The notes under the pieces were generated by a model, which was given only the letters and a program-made list of their open reading frames with translations, had not been told where the DNA came from and made no database searches. DNA of 64,000 nucleotides from Bugula neritina (taxonomy: Eukaryota; Animalia; Bryozoa): the NCBI GenBank assembly GCA_964035545.1, contig OZ037771.1, positions 3,111,628-3,175,627 on the forward strand. Direction: 5' to 3'. Below, piece by piece: positions 1-13,500 of this stretch; within the stretch, counting starts at the first letter, position 1, and each line of letters starts with the position of its first letter. The translations under genes were made by a program, and so were the position numbers.

Positions 1-1287
1 CACAAGATTGACCCCAGGAAAAAATATATACAGCAAATGTGAATGAAACAAAGGGTATATTGGATAAGAAATAAAGGAGCAAATGGGCTAATGTGTACCC
101 AATAACTATCAGTTTTCTCAGAAGCAATTTGTTGGCTAATTATAGCAGATTTAATAAATATTTATTTTACTATAAAATTATATTATATGATTATAAGTTG
201 GCATGCAATGAAAAGAATAGATACAATAATCTCCTAAATATTCTTATTTATAATTACATTTTGATTGCAGGAGCTTATAGGTTTCTAATACTAACTTTAT
301 TTTATGGAGTTGTGTTCACTAGGAATTTGAGTTCTCACCAAGCCTCAGCTGTTTGAAATTGCACTTTGTAACTTACTTTGTTGGGCAGAAAACTCCCAAA
401 TAGCATTCAATTCTTGTTATATGATATAGTTTCAGTGAAAGCTGCTCAAATAAAGCAAGGTAACTAAAGTACATACTTTCAGTTATTTGAAAGCCTCGAT
501 AAGACAATTCCCAAAAACAATTTCTAAAGAAGACAATCCCCAAACTAACATGCCACGTTTCTTTGTCACATAAGATGCAAGGATGCCATACTGAACATAC
601 CGAACACACTGATTACAATAGCATGTGTTCTAGCACCTGGCCGATGTTCCTGTATAAATAGCCAACTAAAAAGTAATTAAACAATTATTCCTAATTAGAA
701 CCCTGGGTCTGCTGGCTAGGCCTCTATGCCATAGAGGTTTCTTTCATATACTGCAATCACATAACTATTAGTATATAGTATTATTATCATTATTATAATG
801 CATATAAAACTGTACGTATTAGTTACCAAATAGCAATTTGCTCAGATGCAGGAACTAATATAGATTACAGTATAAAGATGCAGTCTTACAATATTATATT
901 TGTTCACCAATTACACAAATTATCAAACATATGCTATTATAAACAATGTTCATAATAATTATAATATTATAAAGGTACAGTCTCATAATATATTTGTTCA
1001 CCAATTAAAAAAACGGAATGAGCAAACAGCTGGATCATTGAAGTCAATCAATTACCACAAGCACAGATTTCATACACAGCAGCTTTGAATTAAGTCGCAG
1101 TAACTCGAAACAGTGGTGATTATAACTTTATATGCCTGTAATACATTCAATTTTAATATCTGCAAAATTGTTAATTTACTGCATGCATTATACTTGCTGA
1201 ACAGTACATTTATTTAGCCTTTTGCTATGCTGGTTTGCAGAATATACTAAAAATAAGTGTTGGTACAAAAAGAATTGTCAGCTCAAC

Positions 1288-1413
1288 GTGTTCAGTGATA
1301 CATGCAAAAAGAATGCATATTCATTTAGTGCTGGTACACATAGCATTCTCAGTGATACAAAGAGAATATATATTCGTTTAGTGCTGGTACACCTTAGCAT
1401 TTTCAGTGATACA
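1288..1413 (+). repeat. Short intergenic tandem duplication of about 55 bp (about 2.3 copies)
   Basis: TCAGTGATACA...AGAAT..ATATTC.TTTAGTGCTGGTACAC..TAGCATT is repeated. Confidence 0.8.
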
Positions 1414-2277
1414 GCCTCTGAATCTGTTGATTATGGAAGTAGAAAAAGGTTGATATTTCCTAGGAAACACTCTACTTTGCATCAGCCAATCAGAGCTGTG
1501 CACCATGGACAAATAACCCCTATTTATAAAATATGTTTAGACAGCGAAGTTTTCTAGCATTTCTTAAATGTTTTATATTCATAATATATTGTATTATTTC
1601 AAATATCTCCTATTATTGCATTGCTTTATATTATAGGAATGGCAAGATAATGTCTTTTTTTGTGAAAATACAGCTTGACTTGATATTTTATAAACTTCAT
1701 ACATGAGACACGATGAATCCCACATCCTGGTGATGATATGACCCAAGTTATTGCATAGACCTAAACCAAATAAAATGCATCTCAACTCGCTTAATTAATT
1801 CCTGCAAAGTGACACAACTTTCTAAAATAGCAGAAGACAAACGGGAAATCTAGTTAGTATTTTTGAATTTATATATAGCAAAAACACAAACTTTTACGCA
1901 GAGAGTAGAGACACACATTACGTGTAATGCAATGTAACATACAGAGTTTCAGGTAATAATTGCTAATCATGTTATATAAATCAAATTGAGAAATTGAAGT
2001 TTTGTAAAACATGTGTCATTTATACCTTTTGTGTAGTGTCCACACTTGTGGTTTGTGAAACATATAAATTGCATTCTAAGAATCATCAATTCCATTGTTT
2101 GCAGTGCATGGTGTATATAACATGGTTATAGCCATACTATCTTTAGCTGACAGTTCATCAATTGTATTAACATTATTTAACTATATTTTTTTAAAGTCAA
2201 GAGAACTAACCATGTGAGTAAAACTTCAATGCTGTTTCTTTTGCAATTTGATGGGAAGCTAGTAGAAATTGTTCTCC

Positions 2278-2283
2278 CACACA

Positions 2284-2343
<60 letters not shown>

Positions 2344-2366
2344 TACACGCATACACACACGTACAC
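2278..2366 (+). repeat. (CACG)n microsatellite
   Basis: About 15 perfect CACG units followed by a degenerate CA tail. Confidence 0.95.
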
Positions 2367-2690
2367 ATCTGTTGTGCATATTTCTTTGTGGATATATATA
2401 TGCATATATATGATTTGAAACGTTTCCCAATTTGATGTACTAGAGGCAGATAAAATTTTATAATTAGCCTACAAGAAAAGCATTCTTGTTGATCTTCGCA
2501 TGTAGAATTCATGTTTAATTATAGAGACATCACTTTAATTATGGAGACAGAAATAGAGGTTTATGATCACTAGAGATAATTCAAGTGTAATTTTATACCT
2601 GCAATAAAATAGGAGCTGAGTTTAAAGGAGTCTCCAAGTGTGTCTGTAAAAGTCTTAAAGAAGGAAAAGAATTAGCTTGTAAGTTGAATA

Positions 2691-2802
2691 TACACACGCA
2701 CACACCCACCCACACACGCACACACCCACCCACACGCCCACACTCACACACACACCCACACACACACACTCACACACACACACGCGCGCACACGCACGCA
2801 CA
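2691..2802 (+). repeat. Compound (CA)n microsatellite
   Basis: CA repeat interrupted by CC, CG and CT. Confidence 0.9.
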
Positions 2803-3784
2803 TAGTTTTAAGGTTTTAGAGATTTTGTTTTATCTTAAAGAGAATATTCAACTATTGATATTAACAATGATTAAATTTTCTAACAGCTTTCAGAATTGCC
2901 TATAATGCAAACATTTTATTGCTACTTTTTTCCTCTTACATATATTTTATCACAAACACTTCAACGTCAAGTATAACAATCACAGTTATTACGTTTCCTA
3001 AACCCTTTCATTATCATATATTACATGACTTGCCATATAACCTCTGCCTGGCACATGCATTGGGCATGAGTCGCAGTGCAAGCAAACTAATATGCTTGCG
3101 GGCTTCTCACTACATAAGTTTAGTTCACACGATTACTTTTCTACTAGCTATAGTGCAGCAGCTGGATTACTAGAAAATATGATCAGAAGTTACATTACAA
3201 ATGGCTGCAAAATGCTTTTGTACAATCCAGTATAACCACACAAATTCTTCTGTAAGTATGTTATTTTTATATTATAAAATAAATGCTAGTAACTAACATT
3301 AGTTTAGAATAGCATATTGATGATATATTTAAAATATCTAGTTACTAGTACATTGATAGTAGTACTAAATACTTTATGCCGATTGATGTTATATAGATAG
3401 TAATAACTGTCTCCATGAAGTAAGTAACTACATATGTGTAATATTATATTGCATTATGTATATCATTTATATTATATTTGTTTTATTAATGAAGCTGCTG
3501 AATATTTAAACGATGACTATTTTAAAATATCAAACTTTTCAGTGTTTGCAAGTTTTACTAGCTCATCGTAGGATCAATTTTTACAAGAATGTGTTCGAAA
3601 ATCCTAATTCTAGCTCAATTAAATTAATTAAATGGTAGCTTGATAAAATTTGAAAGTTATATATAGGTTATATGTAAATTTGCTAATTATGATTTAAATA
3701 CAAGCAATTTGAAATCATTTATATTTTCTTATGCAACTGTAGAACCACAAAGGCATTTAAAAAACAAGTCGCTTTTAACTGAAG

Positions 3785-4765
3785 ATGTTGTGCTGTGAAA
3801 GACTCCTTCTTAGGACGGCAATCTTCTCTTCCATAACTTTTCAGCTGATGTCACCAGTAGACAACTCTCAAGTGAAACTATCTAGGAAAGTGGTTAATCC
3901 ACACCCGTTTAAATATATAATAAACAATGAGGCGCTCTGTGAAAAAGCCAACATGAGTTGGTTGATATGGGTACACAGTGCCACTTACAACTTTCGAAAA
4001 CGTATGCTTATTCGCGAAACTTGGGGAAATCCTTTGAATTTTCCCTCTCGCAACATAAGTTTAGTATTTTTTCTGGGAAGGACTAAAAATCGTGCCCTAC
4101 AAAACATAATCAGATATGAAAGTGAAACTTATAGTGACATTGTTCAAGAATCTTTTCTAGACAGCTACAGAAATTTGACATACAAGGCTATTGAAGGAGC
4201 TAAATGGACATCTACGTATTGTAAATCAGCTAAACTCATTCTGAAAACTGACGATGACATTGTAGTAGATGTTCATCTACTCTTTCATCACATTGAGACG
4301 CTGCAAGCAGCAAACAAAGTAATCAACAACACCATAATATGTAGGTTAGTATCTAATGTTTTGGTTAATCATAAAAGTAGTAAATGGAAAGTAACAATCA
4401 ATGAATACAACAGAACTATCTACCCGCCATATTGTCCAGGATATGCTTTTGTAATGACAGCAGATATAGTTCCAAAATTGTACGAAGCATCATTTTATGA
4501 AGAATTCTTTTGGATTGATGACATCTACTTAACAGGATTACTCGCTCAAAACATCCAGGCAAAGCATGAAACTCTAAAATCAACCGTATTCATTAGAAGT
4601 GAGAAGAAAATCAAGCAAAAGAAAATATGGCAAAATGATTGCAAATGGATATTTTACCGATTTGGTTATAAACATACTTCTGTTGATGTTTGGAATATGA
4701 TTAAATTTCGAAAAGCAAAACTCGTTCCCAAAAGGGATCCATTTTCTGTTTGCTTTAATAAATAG
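3785..4765 (+). CDS. Beta-1,3-galactosyltransferase-like protein (GT31 family), catalytic domain in one exon
   Basis: The 326-aa ORF has GT31 hallmarks in order: KRMLIRETWG, ESETYSDIVQESFLDSYRNLTYK, DxD motif KTDDD, YPPYCPGYAFV, WIDDIYLTG. The true N-terminus is uncertain; a possible upstream exon ends at 3251. Confidence 0.9.
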   Translation: MLCCERLLLRTAIFSSITFQLMSPVDNSQVKLSRKVVNPHPFKYIINNEALCEKANMSWLIWVHSATYNFRKRMLIRETWGNPLNFPSRNISLVFFLGRTKNRALQNIIRYESETYSDIVQESFLDSYRNLTYKAIEGAKWTSTYCKSAKLILKTDDDIVVDVHLLFHHIETLQAANKVINNTIICRLVSNVLVNHKSSKWKVTINEYNRTIYPPYCPGYAFVMTADIVPKLYEASFYEEFFWIDDIYLTGLLAQNIQAKHETLKSTVFIRSEKKIKQKKIWQNDCKWIFYRFGYKHTSVDVWNMIKFRKAKLVPKRDPFSVCFNK

Positions 4766-5770
4766 AGTTGCCATGAAGTATTGCCTCAGAATGTACAATA
4801 AGATAAATTCTTTTTGCTCAAATGCCAGTTCTCATTTTAACTACAGCTACTCTACATTGCTACAAAGCCTATCTTAGCAGAATAAAATGGTTGCTGGACA
4901 AACCACTTCTTATGATATGATTTCCCGTTAGCAGAAAGACTTGAATAAATTAAAATGAAGGCAGCTATTATACAGACAAAAATAACTCAAAGCTCTGCAT
5001 GTAAGAAGGTATTTTCTTCACCAAGTTGCGACCTCTAGCCGTATAATTTTGATGTTGAAGATAAGCTAATTATATAGTGACTAGTCTGCTATTTTCTTTG
5101 AAATAATTGGGGGGAGAGGGGAGAGGATTACATGACATAAGCATATCATGTAACGTAATTATAACTTAACTGCATTAGTGATCATTTTACAACTTAGTAA
5201 ATAAGCCATCACTGCCCTCGTTTACTTTATGTTGTATCAATTTCTTGAGTCATTTTAATATATGACACATACAGCATGTTTTTACCTGCATAAATCTACA
5301 ATACGCCAACTAAAGACTTTTCTAAACTTATACTATTCAAAGTTTTCAGAACCCTATGCTTTTATATAAGGTAAAATATAATATCTCCTATCAACAGTTA
5401 CATATGTAATGTTAAAAAGGTGCAAATTGTGTTTTGCACAAAAAAAAATGAACTGAATAATTAGGTAGGTATGACAACTCTATGGTAGGGAACTTTTTTA
5501 CTCGAGTAACTTTATAAATGTAAAATTTATTCTGAATTTGAATAAAATAGACACATTTTTATAAATAACAAACATGTTGCAGCGTGTTTGATTATATGAC
5601 ACAATTATATGTCGTAGAGGGCACTATTATAACAATAAATTGAAATAATAATTTTGCCTTAAAATAAACAGCATGTGACAACTCTTGAAATAGCTACTTA
5701 TAGTTTTCAATTTCTATCCTGTGTTAAATGATACTGATGTAATTTAAACTTGTCTATCTATATAAATTTA

Positions 5771-5986
5771 GGGAGCAGCCGTGGTTTAGGGGTTAAAGCG
5801 TTTGCTTTGTGAACACGAAGTTGTGGGTTCAAACCCCGACAAAGGCCATTGGTGATGTTAGGAAGAGCATCCAGTCATAATTGCTCCTGTGCCTCATTTA
5901 AACAAGTCCTTAGCCCGTTCTAGCAAAAACCCTTTCCACCAGGGGTTTCTCACAGGGATAGCGACTATAAACTTGCGTGAGTTTTT
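5771..5986 (+). mobile_element. tRNA-derived SINE, full-length copy with 16-bp target-site duplication
   Basis: A-box-like TGGTTTAGGGG (5782-5792), B-box GGTTCAAACC (5826-5835). The body is shared with four other copies. Flanked by a perfect direct repeat TATCTATATAAATTTA at 5755-5770 and 5987-6002. Confidence 0.9.
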
Positions 5987-7549
5987 TATCTATATAAATT
6001 TATTTGGAAGGAGAATTAGGCTGAAGATCGCATTATTTCTATGTGGATTATGAGTTTAGTTTTTCTGGCAAAATACATGCATGGGATGAAAACTCAAAAC
6101 ATCACCCCATTCTGCAAAACACAACAATTTCAAATGAACAACCTGCATAAAACTTGTTTGCTTAATTCCCTAAATACTCAAATTATCAAAACTGCTCATA
6201 TGCTTATGGTTTTATGCCGTATTTACTTTAACTTCTGTTTGTTTAGATTTTTACTTAAAACTGCCACTGTGACTGGTTTTTAAACCATTACGTTTTTGCT
6301 ATTAAGCCCAATGCCTTCCTAAAAGTCTTCAACTGTAGAGATGACTAAGTACTAGTTAGGTTTAATGATAATTCACTATTAAATTTGTTAATGCACTGCC
6401 ACTCGTAACCAATTCAGTCTGCTTACAATTAAAGCCTCTAAAATCTAACTAGTCAAGGACGCTATTTGGAACATGAACACACAGGGGAGGCAACTCTATA
6501 GTAAAAATGGCTTTAAACAGTTTGGAGGAAATACAAAATATTGGTTTTAAAGTATGTTTATAAAAATTAGAATTGATTTTTTATTTAAAAAAAATGAGTA
6601 TAAATGGTTGTTTACTTTAAAGTGATGGCTTGTAGCGAGCAAAGTATACTTACGTTGTAAAATATGCTAATTGCCAGAATCAGATATCCAGCAAATCAAA
6701 TTGCAAGTCCAATTTGCGATTAGCACCAGTGGGTGTATACATTTACAATACTTGTATTCATATTGATCTTGCAGTGACTACTGATTAGTTGTCGGGTGAC
6801 AAAATAGAAAAGATAGTTGGTTACTTATTACTGTCCGTTGTATCTTCTCAGCCGTGCGGATATTGAAATTCACGGTGACGCTAACTTTCAAGTTTTATTA
6901 CTGATCAACTTGAACTCAAACCCAAGGTCAAACTCAATAACATTAACTATAGTCTATAAGTATAAGTATAAGTATAAGTCAATAACTATAACATTAAATA
7001 TAAGATTTCGTGATAACAATTATAATGACTGTAAGTGTCACGATTAGTATGAGTATGGCTGAGTGAGTGAATAGCCATCTCATTACAGTCACTCATCAGA
7101 TTCGGAGTCATTCTCATCCTGACATCGTCAGCGTGATCGTGTGATACTGATAGTGATACTAATACAGATTCAGATTGTTTATGGCGATACGGACATGAAA
7201 TACTCATACTTTAACTTATGAATATTTGTTTTGAATGTCAATAATCAATTTCACCGACTCAATCTGAATCCTATAATTATATACTTATAGTAAACATTTT
7301 GAGTTCCAAGTACAGCAATAGTTATACTCCTTGGGCTTATTTATTATAGTTATTGCTGCCAGTGTCTGGCAGTATTGGCCACTAGACGTAGGCTTAAGCT
7401 TTGAGTTTGAGGAAACAACAAAGCTAAAAGATAGTAATATTAATGGTAAGAGTAATTTACCATTGAATAGAAAAGAAAGAGACCGTAACACCAACTGTAG
7501 TTTAGCTAGCTGGTTACACTATACTAATACAGACTGTCGTGTAACAAAC

Positions 7550-10500
7550 ATGGCCTATGCCAACCAGACGGCTGTGGCATACAACGGCTACAATGGAGTT
7601 GTAAATGTGAGTGGAGGAGCTTCCTTATACCCCACTCATGCTAATTCTGGCAGTGTCAAAGTGGACCAGATTAAACCTATAGTTCTGGGACAAATCAACT
7701 CTTTCCTGTGTAAGTATTATTTGTAAATTTGTATATTTTAATTTGATGTAAATTTTAGGTATTGAACAGTTTAATTCAATCAGCAAATGAGTAAAATATT
7801 ATGTAAAAATCATCACACAGCGTGTAGGAAAAATATCTTGTCATCTTTAAGGAACTAATCTGTAACTACAATATATCAGCACTATTATTTAACAAGAAAC
7901 AGCATTTTATGAAGAGAATTGTCAAGTGTAGGGTTGCTGTATTGATTTCTAGTGTTTTTGGCTTTTCATTTTCAAAAATACCTTCGAGTGGACAAGAATA
8001 GCTACACCAAGATTGTTACAAAGTTTTAAAATTAGCTCTTTACTATGTTGGTAGCTTGAACTTGCAGTAGTCTTTCAGTCATCATTTCTAAATTATATGC
8101 AGATAGAGTTCCGAAGCTATACAAGTTTGATTTTTACCTAAACTAGGAATAGAAGCTAGTTGTTTTGTCAACTCATTTCTTAATTTTCTATACTTGTAAC
8201 TTCAGTTAGTTCTCTAAAAACTTCTCTCATACGTTTTATAATTTATTACTCGTTCTATTCTGTTACTGGGATCTAAACTTTTAATGTATATGCCTAACTT
8301 TTACATCCTTTTATTTTCCAATTGCCTAAAATATAGTAAAATATTCGATTAGTCAGGTTGTGTGACTCAATCTCACAACACTATTCCTCACTAATAAATT
8401 TGAATAACAAATCATGTTCATTCTTTTGTCCAACTCATACTAATGCGATGGCATTCTATGCCTGTAGTTGTCATTTCACAACAAGCAAAATACACTCTGC
8501 AGACAATTTTATTCCTCATCACAATAATTACCTGTTCCACTTATGTGGTCATTTCTAAAAAAGTCAACCTGCTTGTTTGCAGACCAATCATTAATCATGT
8601 ATTGTGAATACTAAATCAATGTTTAGATATTTTTTAAAATGGATTAAATGACAGGTAATTTTTTTGTCTGTTCCTGATAGTAGAGAAAAATATATCTTTT
8701 GCTGTTATCAATGCTCTCTATATATTTAGTCCTAATTTTCATCATAACTATCTTCAACTTGATGGTCACATGTTTACTTTTAAGCTCTAACTGATAACTT
8801 GGCACATATTCACGGGCTTTCCATGGATCGATCTCAGCAAGATCGATCCATGGAAAGCCCGCGATTATTCTAAAAGCAAATACCCTCAGCAAGTAGCTTC
8901 TAAACATGCTATTCTAGAGTCTAAACACTAACACTAATACAGTGATGCTTATATTTTCTTGGAAATCAGATTTTGGTTCCAGTTTCTTTTTTTTGTAGGT
9001 CAGACAAATTTTGTTAATTTTATTTTTTGCGTGGTGAAATGGTGCAGCACACTATAAGCTGCTATTATCTTACATTGTTTTACACTACTCTACTACTAGG
9101 TGGATTTAGTGCTCAACAATTAGCTAATATTTGCTTTGATACTCGACCTCCTACTACTCCTGGTATGCCACATTCAACACTTGAACCTTAACCTCTAAAT
9201 AGAAGTAACTGAGTTTTTCTAGCTTCTATTTTCTTTGCTCCGCACTAATGTATTGGGAACGGCTATTTTACAATCGATGAAGGAAATTTCAAATTTTCTA
9301 CTTGATTTCTGATACAAGTTGAACCCATCACTTTTTTGGAATTCTATTATATGTGACCAATTGCAACAGAACTGGGAATTAACAGCATTTATGGAGTGTA
9401 AAAAAAATATAAATATATTATATTTATGTTCTATGGAATAGAATATTTAGTTCAGTATAATATAATGCTGAGAGTTTAGACTATTGGAATGTTATTTTCT
9501 TTATACATAGTTAGAATAAAACGTTCCAAGTAACTAAGTCATTAGCAGGCCTCCTTCAACATGAAAAAATTAGTTTTCCTCTATTCAAATCTCTTTTACA
9601 TATTTTCTGATTGACAAAATATGTTTGGAATGCAAATCCAGAAGTTTGTTAATTTCGGAAGTGAGCCTCTGTTGATTGGTGCAAACTATGCATTATTCTC
9701 ACTATTAAGTATCATTTCCTCATTTAACCATCAAAAATTCTCTTGTCATTGTTACCAAAGTTGATCAAGCTTTTCAAAAGGGTTTTATATTTTATCAATA
9801 ATCAGCTACGCATATCTTAGAGAAACTGTGAGTTAGCATGGTGATCAGTTAGGTTTGCCAATGCTTGAAGCACCAGATGAGAGGGAGAGCTGCAGTCTCC
9901 TAGGTGAACCTATGCTTTACTCTCACAATGTCCACGCTTAGATGAATGTAATCCATTCATTCCTACTGCTCTATCCATATACCTGGTTACCATGGCAACA
10001 CATCATAACTATGTAGTGTTTAGTAGTATTTTCCGGTTGGTTACATGTAGATTTGACATTGTTTTCTGACTAACCCTTTGAGATCACTGAGATTCCTGTG
10101 TTGTCAATATGATCTACATTTATCTCTAAGCATAAGCTGGAGCTGATGAATAGGTTTTCACACATTGTAATATGATATGATATGTATTTAACACGTGACT
10201 GAGCTGTGCATGGCTTTCAATATGCAGATTTTTTCATCTATGTTTATTGCGAGTTTGCTTGCAGCTGTGCCATTTTTGTATTTTTGTAATATCACAAATT
10301 ATCTAAATTGTATTCCTACAGTTTTACAGAATTAGACTCTTAAGGCCAATGTTACACTACCTCTAATATTTTGCTTTAAAAATTATTTTTATTGGCTTGT
10401 AATTTCAAAGCATATGTGAACTTGCCTTTATTTTCATAAATGAAAAATGGGCAGTTATAAATAAAAAATACCCTTAGTATATTTTGCAGTTTCATCACTG

Positions 10501-13500
10501 AGTATATTTTGTAGTTTTTGATGTAAACAACCAAACATAGATAACAGAAATTTGCACCATCAATTTTTTTTAATTTTCTATATAAGTGGTTAAACTTTTT
10601 TAGTACTATTAAATAAGGAAATTTTATTGATTTTAATCTTATTTTTGCTTCATCATATGCTCAAAACCCAAAGAATAACCCTCCCTAATACTTAATACAC
10701 AAACTCGTAGAAGTCACATGACTAAGTATTGTAAAGTTCATATTGTTTACAGTGGATGCATCAGCTGCTGGGAAAGGGACTCTAGACTTGAGTGTGGGCC
10801 CTCCTAACAAAACCCTACCTCATGAGATCAAAAATATAGGAACTCAGCTATTCCTTATAGAATTTACACCTACAGAGCCTGTGGACCATGAAGTCTCAAT
10901 ACAGTTTAACGAGACTCACATTCCTGGTCAGTGCTGACAAGTTATATTGTAAAAATTATTAAATTCATGATTGTGGCACAGTTTAACACAGAGTGTAACA
11001 GTATTACAGAGTAAAACAGTATTACACAGTGTAACAGTATTCCAACATTGAATATGCTGAAATCTGATGCGTTTTCTCAGGTTCTCCCTTAATTATTCCA
11101 TATTATTCTAATAATGTGACCTCAGTTGCTGGTAAGTTAGTTAATACACGCGGTTGGTATTACTATACTGTATTATTATACCATATTACTACATACATAC
11201 TGTATTACTATACAGTGTGACTACTATGGTACACCCATCTCCTATAGTCTAACTATTGTAAAGCTCTCTAACTATTATCTCCACCTGTCAGTGTCTTGTC
11301 CACACTAATAGATTGTAAACCCCATTATATGTTCATAGTCTAATATCTCCCTCTATTGTATGGGTTTTGCGTATATGTTGTGAGGTATTCAGGGAAGGTC
11401 CGGGATGTTTTTGTGTCATTTATGAATTAACAGTTGTCTTCCCTTGTCTATTGGTTAACAAAGTTTATAGCAACTTTGTTATAATATATTTATGGGTTAC
11501 TGTGTATTGGATCTGAAGCTAAATAGCCTTTGGCCACGCACTGGCTGTGGATTACCCACTTATCTCTCCACAGTTTAGAAAGTAGCGCCTTTTGCCTAAA
11601 TACTTCAAGTGTGTTGGTTTTGTACAACAGTTAGTATTTGTGATGCAAACATACATTTATTACTCTTATTATTTTATACTTGATAAAGATAGTGCTGCCT
11701 TATGTTCAATACTGTAATTTCATTAAGCTTACAGCCTATCACAATATAATATAGCTGCTACCTTGATAGGTGTTTTATATTAATGCAACATGAGCATTCA
11801 AAGTGTATTATTGAATAATACTAATAAATTGCTTGTTTTTAGGAAGTCCTTTCATACTAAAAGCGCCATATATGGACATCTCTTCTGTGATAGTATCGGG
11901 AGAGGGGTTGGTGCTAGCTAAAGTACATGATCAGGTAACTATTTTCAGAAACTGGCAACTACACCTGGCAATTGGCAATAAGCAGCTATACCTGGCAATT
12001 GGCAATAAACAACTACATCTGGCAATTGGCAATAAGCAAATTCTTGCTAGCAACAAACAACTTCTGTTTGAATTTTATTATATTTGTACTTCCCTAGAAA
12101 GTGGAAATGCATTGTATTATAATGCCAGTTCACAGTGTTCAAAATTATGATGAGATTTGCTGATATATTCTTCATTTGGGCAGATCTATGTAAATAACTC
12201 CGTAGCCCATGTTTGTTGCCACTGCAGGCTGTATTCAACATAAACGCTACCAGACTGCCTTCTACTATACAACCTACAGTACAAGTTCTCGGGCCACAAG
12301 GCTCTGTTCAAGCCAATGTCATTGCAACAGATCTTGGACAGTATAGAGTAGCCTGGATACCTTCTCATGCAGGTAAATTTACTTCACTCTAGTTCTTCTG
12401 TCACACTGTCAACAATAAAAAGCTTTCAAAGTTTTAATTTTATTTCGAAACTATATTATTCAGATGTTACACATGCAAGCTCTGTGTGTATGTTGCAATT
12501 TAGAGCTTCAAAGTTCTTCGTGTTTTTACTCCTTATCTGCCATCTTGATATGTGAATTTGCTTAGCGACTCTAACCGTAACTGACTACGAGAAAGTATTT
12601 TATGCTTCATTGTCTTTTCCAGTTGAATGACTGGAAATACATTGCAGTATGTAACACAAGTAATACAACACTGCTCCATAGTATTCAGTGACTCAATTAT
12701 ATGTTATCTGTGTCTATCCATTGTGTATGTGTAATGTGTAGGTGTGATAGTATGTATGCTTACATATACGTACATGTAAGTATGATATGTACATTTATGC
12801 ATTTATTGCTATAATTGGATATCTCAGTGTTAATGTAAGCTCATGTTTTTTTTCAAGAAAAGATAAAAAATGATTTATATCATAAGACACTGAATATCCA
12901 GTTGTATAAAGATAGTAGCATTACAGCATTAGGGTGGTGTATAGCACAGCATTACAGCTCGGTGTAAAACTGTGTGAGAGTGTTTGCTAAGGTTGCCTGG
13001 TGTATCTTGTTGTGTACTGGAGATGTTGCTGTGTAACACGCAGTGTGTCAATACAGGTGATTATGAGATAAAAGTAACAATGGCCGGACAGGAAGTGCCC
13101 CGTAGTCCGTTCCGCGTCAAGGTTGCCGATCCAAAACAGGTCAAGGTTGATTGTCCACCATTTGCAAATTTGGGAAACACTGCCAATGTTAAAGGTAACT
13201 CTATGTTGCTGCCATTTTATTCTTATTTAATATTCTATTGCTTGTCTAGACTTTTGACAATTGCCATTAAAAATAGTATGTCTGCATATTTTCAAACCTT
13301 TGTTTATTTTACGTCAACCAAGCAAAGCTGGTATTGGTTTATTATTATCACAGTTGATGTAAGCAGAGCTGGTATTGGTTTATTATTATCACAGTTGATG
13401 TAAGCAGAGCTGGTATTGGTCCATTATTATTGCAGTTGATGTAAGCAGAGCTGGTATTGGCTCATTATTATTACAGCTGATGTAAGCAGAGCTGGTATTG

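Noticed and set aside
2177-2512. ORFs with RACV/THAR repeats
   Set aside because: These are translations of the (CACG)n microsatellite.
5771-5845. Functional tRNA gene (also 27601, 54618)
   Set aside because: Acceptor and anticodon stems do not pair properly. The head runs into a shared non-tRNA body and the 5771 copy has a TSD, so these are SINEs.
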